Assembly (NCBI GenBank): GCA_963736545.1 | Contig: CAVTPA010000001.1 | Location: 3,372,734-3,436,733, forward strand | Direction: 5' to 3' | Length of the DNA stretch: 64,000 bases | From: an uncultured Chloroflexia bacterium | GTDB taxonomy: Bacteria; Chloroflexota; Limnocylindria; Limnocylindrales; CSP1-4 | Shown here: positions 20,036 through 31,967 of the stretch, piece by piece | Layout: each line of letters starts with the position of its first letter | How positions within the stretch are numbered: position 1 is the stretch's first letter | Notes under the pieces: model-generated | Seen by the model: the letters and a program-made list of their open reading frames with translations, nothing else | Databases searched by the model: none | What the model was told of the DNA's origin: nothing | Made by a program: the position numbers and the translations under genes

Positions 20036-21107
20036 TCTTCGCGTCGCGCATCATCCGCTCGACCGGGTACTCGTCGACGTAGCCGTAGCCCCCGAGGACC
20101 TGGACCGCGTCGGTGGTCACGCGCATCGCGGCGTCGCCGGCGACGAGCTTCGCGAGCGACGCCCAGCGGGCGCTGTCGCGCGCCCCGCCCTCGATCTCGA
20201 CGCAGGCCGCGTACAGGAGCTGGCGGGCGGCCTCCGTCGCGGCGTCCATGTCGGCCAGCATCGCCGAGACCATCTGGAACTCGGCGATCGGGCGGCCGAA
20301 CTGGCGGCGCTCGCGGGCGTAGCGGGCTGCGACCTCGAGCGCGCCCTGCGCGATGCCGACGGCCTGGGCGGCGATCCCCGGCCGCGAGCGGTCGAACGTC
20401 CGCATCGTGATCTTGAAGCCGTCGCCCTCGGCGCCGACGAGGTTGTCGGCCGGGATGCGGACGTCGTCGAAGTCGAGCTCGGCCGTGGGGGAGCCGCGGA
20501 TTCCCATCTTGTGCTCGAGGCGGGCGACCCGGAAGCCCGGCCGGTCGGTCTCGACGGCGAAGCACGAGAGCCGTCGATGGCGGTCGTCGTCGCCACCGGT
20601 CGCCGCGATGACCATGACGAGGTCGGCGACCGAGCCCTGGCTGATGAACCGCTTGCTTCCGGAGATGACGTACTCGTTCCCGTCGCGGACTGCGCGCGTA
20701 CGGATGGCGGCGGCGTCGGAGCCGGCCTCCGCCTCGGTGATGGCGAACGCGACGAGCTTCCGCCCGGCTGCGAGGTCGGGGATCCAGCGGCGCTGCTGCT
20801 CGTCGGTCCCGGCCATGAGGAGCGGGAGGGCGCCCAGGCCCTGGACCGCGAGGATGAGGCCGGAGGTCGCGCAGGCACGGCTGATCTGCTCGATCGCGAG
20901 GCAGGCCGTGAGCAGGTCGCCGCCGAGGCCGCCGAACCGCTCCGGGAAGTGGACGGCAAAGATGTCCTGGGCCGCGAGGAGCTCCTTGACGTCCCAGGGG
21001 AACTCGGCCGCCCGGTCGATGTCGGCGGCGCGCGGGGCGATCTGCTCGTCGGCGATCGCGCGGACGGTGTCGCGAAGGAGGCGCTGCTCCTCGGTGAGCA
21101 TGACCAT
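19968..21107 (-). CDS. Acyl-CoA dehydrogenase
   Basis: AITEAEAGSD, GSKRFIS, KMGIRGSPT, RRQFGRPI, GGYGY, IYEGTQQIQR. Confidence 0.95.
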   Translation of the reverse strand: MVMLTEEQRLLRDTVRAIADEQIAPRAADIDRAAEFPWDVKELLAAQDIFAVHFPERFGGLGGDLLTACLAIEQISRACATSGLILAVQGLGALPLLMAGTDEQQRRWIPDLAAGRKLVAFAITEAEAGSDAAAIRTRAVRDGNEYVISGSKRFISQGSVADLVMVIAATGGDDDRHRRLSCFAVETDRPGFRVARLEHKMGIRGSPTAELDFDDVRIPADNLVGAEGDGFKITMRTFDRSRPGIAAQAVGIAQGALEVAARYARERRQFGRPIAEFQMVSAMLADMDAATEAARQLLYAACVEIEGGARDSARWASLAKLVAGDAAMRVTTDAVQVLGGYGYVDEYPVERMMRDAKITQIYEGTQQIQRLVVARALLG

Positions 21108-21164
21108 GGTCCAGGCTCCTCCGTGACGCGGGGCGGATCCGGTCGGTGCGGCCGGCAGCGGGCG

Positions 21165-23003
<1,839 letters not shown>

Positions 23004-23154
23004 GGCGGGATGCTAGCGGCGGGCGACGGCGGCGTCCATGGCGTGCGGGCGGGGCGGGCGCTCGACCGTCGACCGCCACCGCGGGCGCCAACTGACACGC
23101 CCCGCCAGGGCTTGTCGGGGTTTCGCTGCCCGGCCGATCTCTCGGCATCGCCCG

Positions 23155-23808
23155 CTACACGAGCACGATGGCGCTCCCGCCTGGATCGAGTCCCGCCGCC
23201 AGTCGGGCGAGGGCGGTCGCGCCCGCGATAGGAAACGACGGGTCGAGCAGGCCGTTCCCGACAGCGAGGAACTCCCGCACGCGACGCGTTCTCGGGAGCA
23301 CGAGCAGGATCCCGTCGGCGCCGCCATCACGGAGCTTCACGGCCAGGCGACGGGCCAGCGCCTGGACGTCGCGCGGGGCCGTCTCCGCTTCGACGTCGTA
23401 TCGCCACGTGGATCCGGACAGCAGCGCATCCCAGGCCCGCTGGTCGCCGGGCGTGGGAAACGGGGCTTCGGTGACCCACCGCAACGTCGGGTGGAGCGAC
23501 CCCCGGAACCGCGCGAGCAGCCTCGCATGAGCGGCATCCCGGATCGGAGCGCCCCCGGCATACAGGCGGAGTGAGAGCTCGAGGCCGACGGCCTCGGCCA
23601 GCTGGGCCAACCGTCGCACCGACACCTCGGGCGCCATGCCGCGCTCGATCCGGCTGACGGCCGCGGCCGAGATGCCGATCGCCGCACCGACCCTGGCGAG
23701 GCTCAGGTTGCGGTCGCGGCGCGCTGCCCGAAGCTCCGAGCCGGCGTTGGCCGTCGCCCTCGCAGCCCGCTCGTTGGCGCGCTCGACCACGCGTTCGATG
23801 GTCCCCAT
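23155..23808 (-). CDS. XRE-family HTH fused to a putative PD-(D/E)XK/DUF559-like nuclease domain
   Basis: LRAARRDRNLSLARVGAAIGISAAAVSRIERG (HTH_3), C-terminal TE...WDALL...VEAET..RDVQALARRL..K. Start may instead be 23820. Confidence 0.75.
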   Translation of the reverse strand: MGTIERVVERANERAARATANAGSELRAARRDRNLSLARVGAAIGISAAAVSRIERGMAPEVSVRRLAQLAEAVGLELSLRLYAGGAPIRDAAHARLLARFRGSLHPTLRWVTEAPFPTPGDQRAWDALLSGSTWRYDVEAETAPRDVQALARRLAVKLRDGGADGILLVLPRTRRVREFLAVGNGLLDPSFPIAGATALARLAAGLDPGGSAIVLV

Positions 23809-23884
23809 GAGGACGATCATGACCCGGGGCGCTTATCGCGCGATCAACGACCCCGGGTCGACGACCGGCCGCCAACGCCTCGGG

Positions 23885-24033
23885 GCCCACGGCCCGCACT
23901 CCGGCCCGGGGCCCGCACTCCGGCCCACGGCCCGCACTCCGGCCCGGGGCCCGCACTCCGGCCCGGGGCCCGCACTCGGCCCGGGGCCGCACTCCGGCCC
24001 GGGGCCCGCACTCCGGCCCGGGCCCGCACTCCG
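23885..24033. repeat. Minisatellite, ~19-bp unit, about 8 copies
   Basis: ggcccgcactccggcccgg repeated head to tail with small variants. Confidence 0.9.
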
Positions 24034-24047
24034 ACCGCCTGGAGGGT

Positions 24048-24221
24048 CGTTTGCGTTGAACTCAACACCGAGCAGCTTCGGGCCGCGCCGCGGTCGGTTC
24101 TCGTCGGTTCGGCGCAAGATTCGCGCGTGATCGGGCCCGCCGTGCACGAAATGGGGCGCCGAACGCAAGATCCTGGCCGGCGGGCCGGCCGCGAGGGCCG
24201 AGTGTGTAGTTGAACGCAACG
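24048..24221. repeat. 174-bp element with imperfect terminal inverted repeats, family B copy 1
   Basis: Left ttgcgttgaactcaacac and right gtgtgtagttgaacgcaa (15/18 complementary). Homologous to 42801-42974. Confidence 0.8.
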
Positions 24222-24466
24222 CGCGCCCGACGCTGGTCCACGGGGATGCCGCGCCCCGCTGGCCGGGCGACGGCGTACCGGCCCGGCGCCGTTCACCCGG
24301 AGCACCGGACGGGCCGATGGCCCATATGCCCCGGCCGACACGCCGCCCCGGGCCCGGACACGCCGCGGCGGGCGCCACTGGGGTGGGCGCCCGCCGCTGA
24401 CGGCGAGGTGTGCGGCTGATCATCGTCGCCCCGCCGCCCGGCGGCGGGGCGACGCGGTACGGTGGG

Positions 24467-25464
24467 TCAGAACACCCGGTAGGCGATCTCGGCCGGGGCG
24501 AGGAGGAGCTCCTTGAGCTCGTCGTCGACCTTGAGGACGGAGATGTGCGCTCCGGCCATCTCGAGGGACGTGCAGTACTCGCCGACGTAGCTGCGGAAGA
24601 TCTTGATGCCCTTCTCGGCGAGCCGCTTGTGGGCGATGCCGTAGAGCAGGTACAGCTCGGTGATCGGGGTTCCGCCGAGGCCGTTGATCATGACCGCGAC
24701 CTCGTCGCCCGCGACGAACGGGAGGTCGGGGACGATCGCGTCGAGGAGGAGGTCGACGATCTCGGTCGCGCTCGGCGTCGGGACGCGCTGGCGGCCCGGC
24801 TCGCCGTGGATGCCGATGCCGACTTCCATCTCGCCGTCGGCGATCTCGAAGAGCGGCGTGCCGCGGACCGGCGGCGTGCAGGACGAGAGGGCGACGCCCA
24901 TCGTCCGGACGTTGGCGATGACCTTCTCGCCGACCGCGACGCACTCCTCGAGCGTGCCGCCCTTGTCGGCCTTGGCCGCCACCGCCTTGATGACGAAGAA
25001 GTTGCCGGCGACGCCGCGCCGGCCGATCGTCCAGGTCGAGTCCTTGACGGCGACGTCGTCGTTGACGAGGAGGTAGCCGATCTTCTGGCCCTCGGCCTCC
25101 TGGATCTCCTTCGCCATCTCCCACGCGGTGCGGTCGCCCGTGTAGTTGTTGACGATGTAGAGCACGCCCGCCGGCGTGTCCATGAGCTTGCGAGGTCTCG
25201 GTGACGAACTCCACCGGCGGGCCGGCGAAGACGTCGCCCGGGCAGGCGGCGTCGAGCATGCCGGGGCCGACGATCATCGTGTGGGCCGGCTCGTGGCCCG
25301 AGCCGGAGCCCTGGATGATCGAGACCCGATCCTTCTTGGGCATGTCGGCCCGGTAGATCAGGTTGTACTTCGGCTCGAACTTGAGCGTGCCGTCGCTGGC
25401 GAGGGCGACGCCCTCGAGGAACTCGGTGACGAACGGTCTTCGGGTCGTTCAGGAACTTCCTCAC
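24467..25464 (-). CDS. dhaK: Dihydroxyacetone kinase subunit DhaK, frameshifted
   Basis: MRKFLNDP, GSGSGHEPAH, VNNYTGD, RRGVAG, GIGIHGEPG, INGLGGTP, TSLEMAG across frames. Confidence 0.88.
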
Positions 25465-26137
25465 GCCGTTTCTCCCTTGTCCGTGCTTCTCGGCCCACGC
25501 CTTGCGCGATGGCCTGGAGGATCACGCCGATCGCGGTCGCGCCGGCGTCGACGGAGCCGATGCTCCGCTCGCCCGTGTACGCGGCCCGGCCGCGCATCGC
25601 GAGCATGGACTTGGTCTCCTCGGCCGCCTCGACCGCGACGTCGGCCGCCCGCTGGATCGCGGCGACGCCGTGGTCGCCCTGCGAACGCCGGGTCGCCGAT
25701 GGCCGACTCGAGGCTGTCGGTCGCCGGCACGAGCGCGTCGAGGAGCGTCTTCTCGCCGAGCGACGCGCCGCCGCGGGCCATGATCCCGGTGATCGCGGCC
25801 CGGAGCATCGCGATGACGTCCTCGGGCGCCAGCTCGGTCTTGTCGCCGGCCGCGGCGCCGGCGCGCAGGAACGCCGTGCCCCAGATCGGGCCGGAGACGC
25901 CGCCGACCTTGCCCGGAGATGACGAGCGCCGATCTTCTTCAGCATCGTCCCGACGCTGGACCGGTCGAACGAGTCGTAGTCGCTGACGACGACCTCGAAC
26001 CCGTTGCGCAGCGAGAAGCCGAAGTCGCCGTCGCCGACGATCGAGTCGAGCTGGGCGAAGTACTCCGCGTTGTCGACGATCGTCGTCGCCATCGTCCTCA
26101 GGACGAGGTCGACGTCGTCGAACGACGCCTGTGCCAT
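25461..26137 (-). CDS. dhaL: Dihydroxyacetone kinase subunit DhaL, frameshifted
   Basis: LDSIVGDGDFG, VGGVSGPIWGTAF, GEKTLLDAL, GRAAYTGERSIG.VDAGA. 3' end approximate. Confidence 0.85.
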
Positions 26138-26176
26138 GCAGACCTCCTGTTCGCTGGCCGTGAACCCGGTGCGGAG

Positions 26177-26953
26177 CTACGAGGCGAGGCAGGCCTCGAG
26201 GTCGGCGAGCGTCACGAACGCGCCCGGCCGCGCGGCCGAGCGGTTGGCGATGACGGTCGTCTGCTCTCCATCCGGGTCGCCGAGGGACGAAACGACGAGG
26301 ATCGCCTCGCTGAAGTCCTCCTTCTCCGTGTAGCCGTTGACGGTGACGAGACAGCGCAGGCCGGCGGCGTGCGCCGCCTCGAGGCCGTTGCGCGAGTCCT
26401 CGACGACGAGCACCTCGGCGGCGGTCGACGCCGAGCTGCTCGAGGGCGAGGAGGTAGATGTCGGGCGCCGGCTTCTTCTTCGGGACGCACGTCGCCGGCG
26501 AGGAAGACGTCGAAGCGATCGGCCCGCTCCTTGCCCACGGCGTACTCGAGGATCGCGCGGACCGACGCTTCGGCCGAGGTCGATGCGATGCCGAGCTTCC
26601 AGCCCGCGTCCTGGGCCGCGGTGATGATCCGGCGGATCCCGGGCCGCGGCGGGAGCTTGCCCGTCGACGACCATCTCGGTGTAGATCGCCGTCTTGCGCT
26701 TGTGCCAGCCGGCGAGGAGCTCGGCCTGCCCCTCGGGGTCCGCCGGCAGGCCATTGGCCGCGACGAACTCCGGGGTCAGCAGGCTTGCCATCCGCTCCTT
26801 GCCGCCGCCGATCCTGAGGCGTCGGCCGTACTCCTCGACGTCCCACTCGACCGGGAGGCCGAACTCGCGGAACGTCTGGTTGAACGCCGGGCGGTGCCCG
26901 TCGCGCTCGGTGTCGGCGAGGACGCCGTCGCAGTCGAAGACGAGGGCGCTCAC
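26177..26953 (-). CDS. HAD-superfamily hydrolase (CbbY-like), frameshifted
   Basis: [42 protein letters not shown]. Confidence 0.85.
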   Translation of the reverse strand: MSALVFDCDGVLADTERDGHRPAFNQTFREFGLPVEWDVEEYGRRLRIGGGKERMASLLTPEFVAANGLPADPEGQAELLAGWHKRKTAIYTEMVVDGQAPAAARDPPDHHRGPGRGLEARHRIDLGRSVGPRDPRVRRGQGAGRSLRRLPRRRRASRRRSRRPTSTSSPSSSSASTAAEVLVVEDSRNGLEAAHAAGLRCLVTVNGYTEKEDFSEAILVVSSLGDPDGEQTTVIANRSAARPGAFVTLADLEACLAS

Positions 26954-27811
26954 GTCCAGGCCTTGCCTTCGCTGCCGAAGAGCCGGATGTGGTGCTTCGC
27001 CATCTCCATGACGGCCGCGCGCTGGGCCGCGAAGAGCTTGGGCGGGTCGTACTCGCCCGGATGCTCGGTCATGTAGTCGTAGCCCGACTTCATGAACGCG
27101 ATCTTGAGGGCGGTGCTGATGTTGACCTTGGCGCAGCCGCGGGCGATGAGGTCGCTGAACTGCTCGGGGCTCATGCCGGTGCCGCCGTGGAGGGCGACCG
27201 GCTTGCCGGTGGCCTCGACGATGTCGGTGACGCGCTGGGCGTCGAGCGTGGGCGCCGTCTTGTACGTGCCGTGGGCGTTGCCGATGGCCGGCGCGAAGAC
27301 GTCGACGCCGGTCGCCCGGACGAACTCGACGACGGTCTCGAGCGCTCTGCACGTGCTGGGCCTCGTCGCCGGTCATCTCCTCGGTCCGCTTGAAGCCCTC
27401 GATCTCGCCCTCGACGTGGGCGCCGTAGCGCCGCGCCTCGGCGACGACCTCGATGCACTGGCGCTGGTTCTCCTCGACGGACAGCTTGCTGGCGTCGAAG
27501 AGGACGGAGCTCCAGCCCTGCGGCGAGGCAGGCGCTGATGAGCTCGCGATCGGGGCAGTGGTCGAGGTGGAGCGCGACGGGGACCGTGAGGTCTCCGGCG
27601 CATCACGCGTTCCACATGGCGTGCGACGCCGTCGACGCCGGTGACCTTCACGTGCTTGGGCGAGGTCTGGACGATGACCGGCGCCCGGAGCTCCTCCGCG
27701 GCGTCGAGGACGGCCTCCATCGTCAGGTCGTTGATGACGTTGATCGCGGCGACGCCGTAGCGCTCCGCGAAGGCGCGGTCGAGGATCTCGCTTGGTCGGA
27801 ACGATGGGCAC
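26950..27811 (-). CDS. Class II fructose/tagatose-bisphosphate aldolase, frameshifted
   Basis: [50 protein letters not shown]. Confidence 0.85.
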
Positions 27812-27877
27812 TCGCTACACCTCCTGGGACGCGCTACGGGCTGCTGGCCGCTCGCCGCGGTTCGATGACGACGGCGA

Positions 27878-28921
27878 TCACCCCCTTGCTCGCTCGCGGT
27901 GGCCGCCCGTGCGGCACGAGCTCGCCCGGCGGGCGGTCGCCCGGGCGCGCGATCGCGGGCCGCGTCGAGGATCGTCGCGGGCGTTCGCCTCGTCGACGAC
28001 GAGGACGTCGACGACGCCCGCCCGCAGGACCCCGAGGATCGCCAGCGGCTTCTCGACCTCGCTGACGACCGCGACGACGGTCTCGATCCGGCGCAGGTCG
28101 TCGATCGACAGGGCGATCAGCCGCTCGCTGTGCGGCGAGGCGATCACCCGACCGTCGATGTCGACGTAGTTGCCGAGGATGTCGCCGACGGCGCCCTGCT
28201 CGCGGAGCCGGCGAATCTCGGCGAGCGACAGGCAGCCGCTCCGGACCATCGTGCAGTCGTCGTCGACGCCGCCGATGCCCGACGAGCGCGACGTCGGCCG
28301 GCGGCCGCGGCGCCGAGCGCGTGGGCGATCGGCCTCCTGGCGCAGGAACCGGTCGCGGACCTCCGCGTTCTCGACGTAGGCCGGGGCGTAGAGGCTCCGC
28401 GCGCGGCCGCCCGCTGGCGGCGGCCAGCGCCTGGCAGATCTCGTTCGGGTTCGTCGGGGTGTCGACGCGGGGCGAGCCGCCCATGGCGCTCACGAACTCG
28501 CAGTCGAGGCGGTGCGCGGGGACGGAAGAAGCGGGGCACCTCACCGGCGTCCCGGCCGTGCCCGACGGCGATCGACGGCGCGGTCGTGCAGCCGGCGCTC
28601 GAGGTACTCGGCCGGCGCCCCGGGCCACGACCTCCCGTTGCGACTGGGGATCCGCTCGCCGCTGGGCGACGATCGCGTCGGCGAGGCGGAACGTGTCGCG
28701 CAGCCGGGCCTCGAGGTCGAGGTTCAGCCAGGGCGGGCGCCTGGACGTGGATCGACGACGACCCCGGACCAGCGGGCACGCTCGAGGAGGCGCTGGACGG
28801 TCGGCCGCGAGAGCCCGAACTCGCGGGCGATCTCCTCCTGGGTCCGGCCGTCCACGTAGTAGCGGTGGGCGATCCGGGCGAGGCGCTCGAACTCGTCGTG
28901 GCTGAGGTCCTCGGGGCCCAT
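27878..28921 (-). CDS. SorC/DeoR-type sugar-binding transcriptional regulator, multiple frameshifts
   Basis: LARIAHRYYVDGRTQEEIAREFGLSRPTVQRLL, GAVGDILGNY, GVLRAGVVDVLVVDE. 3' end approximate. Confidence 0.85.
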
Positions 28922-28982
28922 CGGACTCCTGTCGCGGGGAACCCTGGCTCGATCCGACGCCGCCGGTGACCGGTCGAGTCGG

Positions 28983-29014
28983 TGAGCAATTGCTCAACAC
29001 TGAACGCCTGCTCA
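28983..29014. promoter_or_regulatory. Candidate operator of the SorC-type regulator
   Basis: Perfect palindrome TGAGCAATTGCTCA (28983-28996) followed by the similar TGAACGCCTGCTCA (29001-29014). Confidence 0.6.
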
Positions 29015-29236
29015 GGGTACCAGTTCGATCCGAAGGGTGCAACACGGTTGCGCCGGACGCAGGCCCGCGGCTGCCGCCGTCGTGCGATCGTGGGGCCCCC
29101 GCCGCCCTGGATCGCGGAAGACCCTGATACCTGGACTCAAGCCACCTTGCGATGTGATCCCAAGGTGACCTTCGGCCCACCGGAGGGGTCCATTGCGCCC
29201 TCACACACACCGTGCCACTCGGGTGGAATCGGCGAC

Positions 29237-29482
29237 GTGGACGCGTCCCCTCCCGTGCCCCTCGCCCTGCTCGACCCCGGCGCGCCGGCCCGCATCGTCG
29301 CGATCGCGGCGGCCGACGCGGAGCGGCTGGCGGCGGAGGGCATCCATCCCGGCGAGTGCGTCGAGGTCGAGGCGCGCCTCCCGCTCGGCGGGCCGGTCGT
29401 GGTCCGTGTCGGGCGGGCGCGCATCGCGATCGCGAGGTCGGTCGCCGCCGGCGTGCTCGTCGAGCCGGAGCGGACCGCGTGA
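29237..29482 (+). CDS. feoA: Ferrous iron transport protein A
   Basis: RLAAEGIHPG.....PLGGPVVVRVGRARIAIAR, overlaps the feoB start. Confidence 0.85.
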   Translation: MDASPPVPLALLDPGAPARIVAIAAADAERLAAEGIHPGECVEVEARLPLGGPVVVRVGRARIAIARSVAAGVLVEPERTA

Positions 29483-31515
29483 GCGGCTGCCACGTCCCGC
29501 CAGCCGCCGCTCCCGAGCCTCGCCCCGGGCCGCCCGCCCCGGCCGCGGGCACCGGACCGAGCGCAGGCGCCCGCCAGGCAGATCCCGGCCCTCCGGTCGT
29601 CGCCCTCGTGGGCCGGCCCAACGTCGGCAAGAGCACGTTCCTCGCCCGCGCGAGCGGCCGCTTCGCCGAGTCCACCAACGCCCCGGGAACGACGGTCGGC
29701 CTCGAGGCGCGCGAGATCCGGACCCGCGCCGGCCGGGCCCTCCTCGTCGACCTGCCGGGGACGGGATCACTCACCGACCACCCGGTGGCGGGGGACCCCT
29801 TCTGGGGTTCGCTCCTGGCCGCGGAGCCGGACGCCATCCTCGTCGTGGTGGACGCCGGGGACGTGGCCCGCCACCTGCCGCTCGTCCTCGCCTGTCGCGA
29901 CCTCGGGCTCCCGGTGGTGGTCGCCCTCAACCTCGCCGACGAAGCCGCCGCGCGGGGTGTCGAGATCGACGCCGGACGGCTCGGCCAGCTCCTGGCCGTC
30001 CCGGTTCGACGGACGGTGGCCCGAACGGGCCGGGGAGTCGCCGGCACGATCGCGATTGCCGCGACCCGTGCCCGCCGACGGCGGGGCGTCCGGGCCGGCA
30101 CGCACTCGCCGCGGGCGCTCGTGCCCGCTGGGGTGTACCCGGGCGCCGTCGAGGGGATCCTGGCCCGCGCGGCGGCGGACCTCCCGACGAGCCACGCCCT
30201 CGGCGCCGCGACGCTGGACCCGACCGGGCTCGGCTCGCTCGTTGGCCTCGGAGCCCTGTCAGCCCGGGGCGCGGCGACGCTCCTGCTGCCCGGGGTCGTG
30301 GAGCCTGCCCGGCGCGAGCTGGCGGCCCGCTGGACGGCGGAGGTCGAGCGCGTGCGGGATCGGCGCCGCCCCTTCGCCGACCGCCTTGCCGCGTGGAGCA
30401 TCCGCCCCTGGCCCGGCCTGGCCATCCTCGCCGGCGTGCTGGCGGCGACGTTCGTCCTCGTCAGCGTGGTCGGTGCCGGGCTCGCGACGCTGCTCTCGGA
30501 GGCCTGGGCGACGTTCGCCTCGCCGCTGATCGACACTGTCGTTCGGGCGCTCGTCCCGGTGCCCGTGGTCGCGAGCTCCCTCCTGTGGGGCGTCGACTCC
30601 GGCATCCTCGGCCTGCTCGCGATCGGGATCCCGTACGTCCTCCTCTTCTACCTGCTCGTCGCGACGCTCGAGGACTCGGGCTACCTGACGTCGCTCGCCG
30701 TCCTGACCGACCGGATCCTCGGCGGGCTGGGCCTGTCGGGACGGACGGCGATCCCCCTCCTCGCCGCGACCGGCTGCAACGTCCCGGCCATCTACGGCAC
30801 GCGGGTGCTCGCGACGCGCCGCGAGCGGGTGCTGGCCTCGTTCCTCGTGACGATGGTGCCCTGCTCCGCCCGCTCGGCCGTCGTCGTCGCCGCGCTCGTG
30901 CCGTTCGCGGGGCCGGCCGCGGCCGCGGCCGCCTTCGCCGTGATCGTCGGCGTGACGCTCGTCTCCGGGATCGCCGCCAACGCGATGATGCCCGGCCGCC
31001 AGTCGCCGCTCGTCCTCGAGCTCGCCCCGCTGCGGCGACCGCTGGTGCGCGGCGTGTGGGCGAAGGCGATGGCACGGTTCCGCGCCTTCGTCCGGATGGC
31101 GGCGCCGGTCATGATCGTCGGCTCGATCGCCCTCGGGCTCGCCTACGAGACCGGCCTCATCTGGCCGGTTGCAGCGATCCTCGACCCGGTCGTCGTCGGC
31201 TGGCTCGGGCTCCCGTCGGTGGCGGGCCTCGCGCTCGCGTTCGCCTTCCTGCGCAAGGAGCTCGCGCTCCAGCTGCTGCTCGTCCTGGCGATCGCCACGA
31301 TGGGTGCCGGGGTGACGAGCCTCGGCGACTTCATGACGCCGGAGCAGCTGTTCGTCTACGTGGTGGTGACGTCGGTGTCGGTGCCGTGCATCGCGACGCT
31401 CGCCGCCCTTGCCGGGGAGCTGGGCTGGCGGACGGCGGCCGCGATCTCCGCGACGACGCTCGCGCTGGCGATCGGGATCGGGGGGATCCTGGCGCGGGCC
31501 CTGGGGGTGGCGTAG
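29479..31515 (+). CDS. feoB: Ferrous iron transporter B
   Basis: GRPNVGKS, NAPGTTV, DLPG, LEDSGY, GCNVPA, VPCSAR, FLRKE, VPCIAT. Confidence 0.93.
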   Translation: MSGCHVPPAAAPEPRPGPPAPAAGTGPSAGARQADPGPPVVALVGRPNVGKSTFLARASGRFAESTNAPGTTVGLEAREIRTRAGRALLVDLPGTGSLTDHPVAGDPFWGSLLAAEPDAILVVVDAGDVARHLPLVLACRDLGLPVVVALNLADEAAARGVEIDAGRLGQLLAVPVRRTVARTGRGVAGTIAIAATRARRRRGVRAGTHSPRALVPAGVYPGAVEGILARAAADLPTSHALGAATLDPTGLGSLVGLGALSARGAATLLLPGVVEPARRELAARWTAEVERVRDRRRPFADRLAAWSIRPWPGLAILAGVLAATFVLVSVVGAGLATLLSEAWATFASPLIDTVVRALVPVPVVASSLLWGVDSGILGLLAIGIPYVLLFYLLVATLEDSGYLTSLAVLTDRILGGLGLSGRTAIPLLAATGCNVPAIYGTRVLATRRERVLASFLVTMVPCSARSAVVVAALVPFAGPAAAAAAFAVIVGVTLVSGIAANAMMPGRQSPLVLELAPLRRPLVRGVWAKAMARFRAFVRMAAPVMIVGSIALGLAYETGLIWPVAAILDPVVVGWLGLPSVAGLALAFAFLRKELALQLLLVLAIATMGAGVTSLGDFMTPEQLFVYVVVTSVSVPCIATLAALAGELGWRTAAAISATTLALAIGIGGILARALGVA

Positions 31516-31519
31516 GCGG

Positions 31520-31750
31520 CGGCGCCGGGCCGCGGTTCCGGCTCCGCGCGCCGGCCCCGGCCGCCGGCCCCGTCCGGGCCGTGGGGCCCCGTCCGGGCCG
31601 TGGGGGCCCGTCGCCGTGCCCTCCCCGGCCGAGGGCCCCGTCGCCGGCCCCGGCCCTGGGGGCCGTCCCCGTCCCCGGCCCCGGCCGAGACGGCCCGGGC
31701 CCAGGCCCCGGCCCCGGCCCCGGCCCTGGGGCCCGTCCCCGGCCCCGGCC
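31520..31750. repeat. GC-rich low-complexity tandem tract (ccccgg units)
   Basis: Repeated ccccggc / ggggcccgtc units after the feoB stop. Confidence 0.7.
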
Positions 31751-31763
31751 GAGACCGCCCGGA

Positions 31764-31967
31764 TATCAATGGCACGACTACCGAAGGCACAGGTTGCTGC
31801 CGTCGGGCGTGCCGAGCGTGGCTTCGGACAGCCGCGACGGTGGGGACCGGTCAGCGCGAGCGTGAGCGGCGTCGTCGGCGGAGGGACTGGTGTCGTGAGA
31901 CGTCCCCCGCGAGCCCCGCGACGGGGCGCGGGCGCACGTACGGCACCTGCTAATCGTGCGGTTGATA
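31764..31967. repeat. 204-bp element bounded by an imperfect AT-richer inverted repeat (family C)
   Basis: tatcaatggcacgacta ... taatcgtgcggttgata (14/17 complementary). Confidence 0.55.

Noticed and set aside
23885-24033. Possible CRISPR array
   Set aside because: Units are head to tail with no unique spacers and no cas genes are present.
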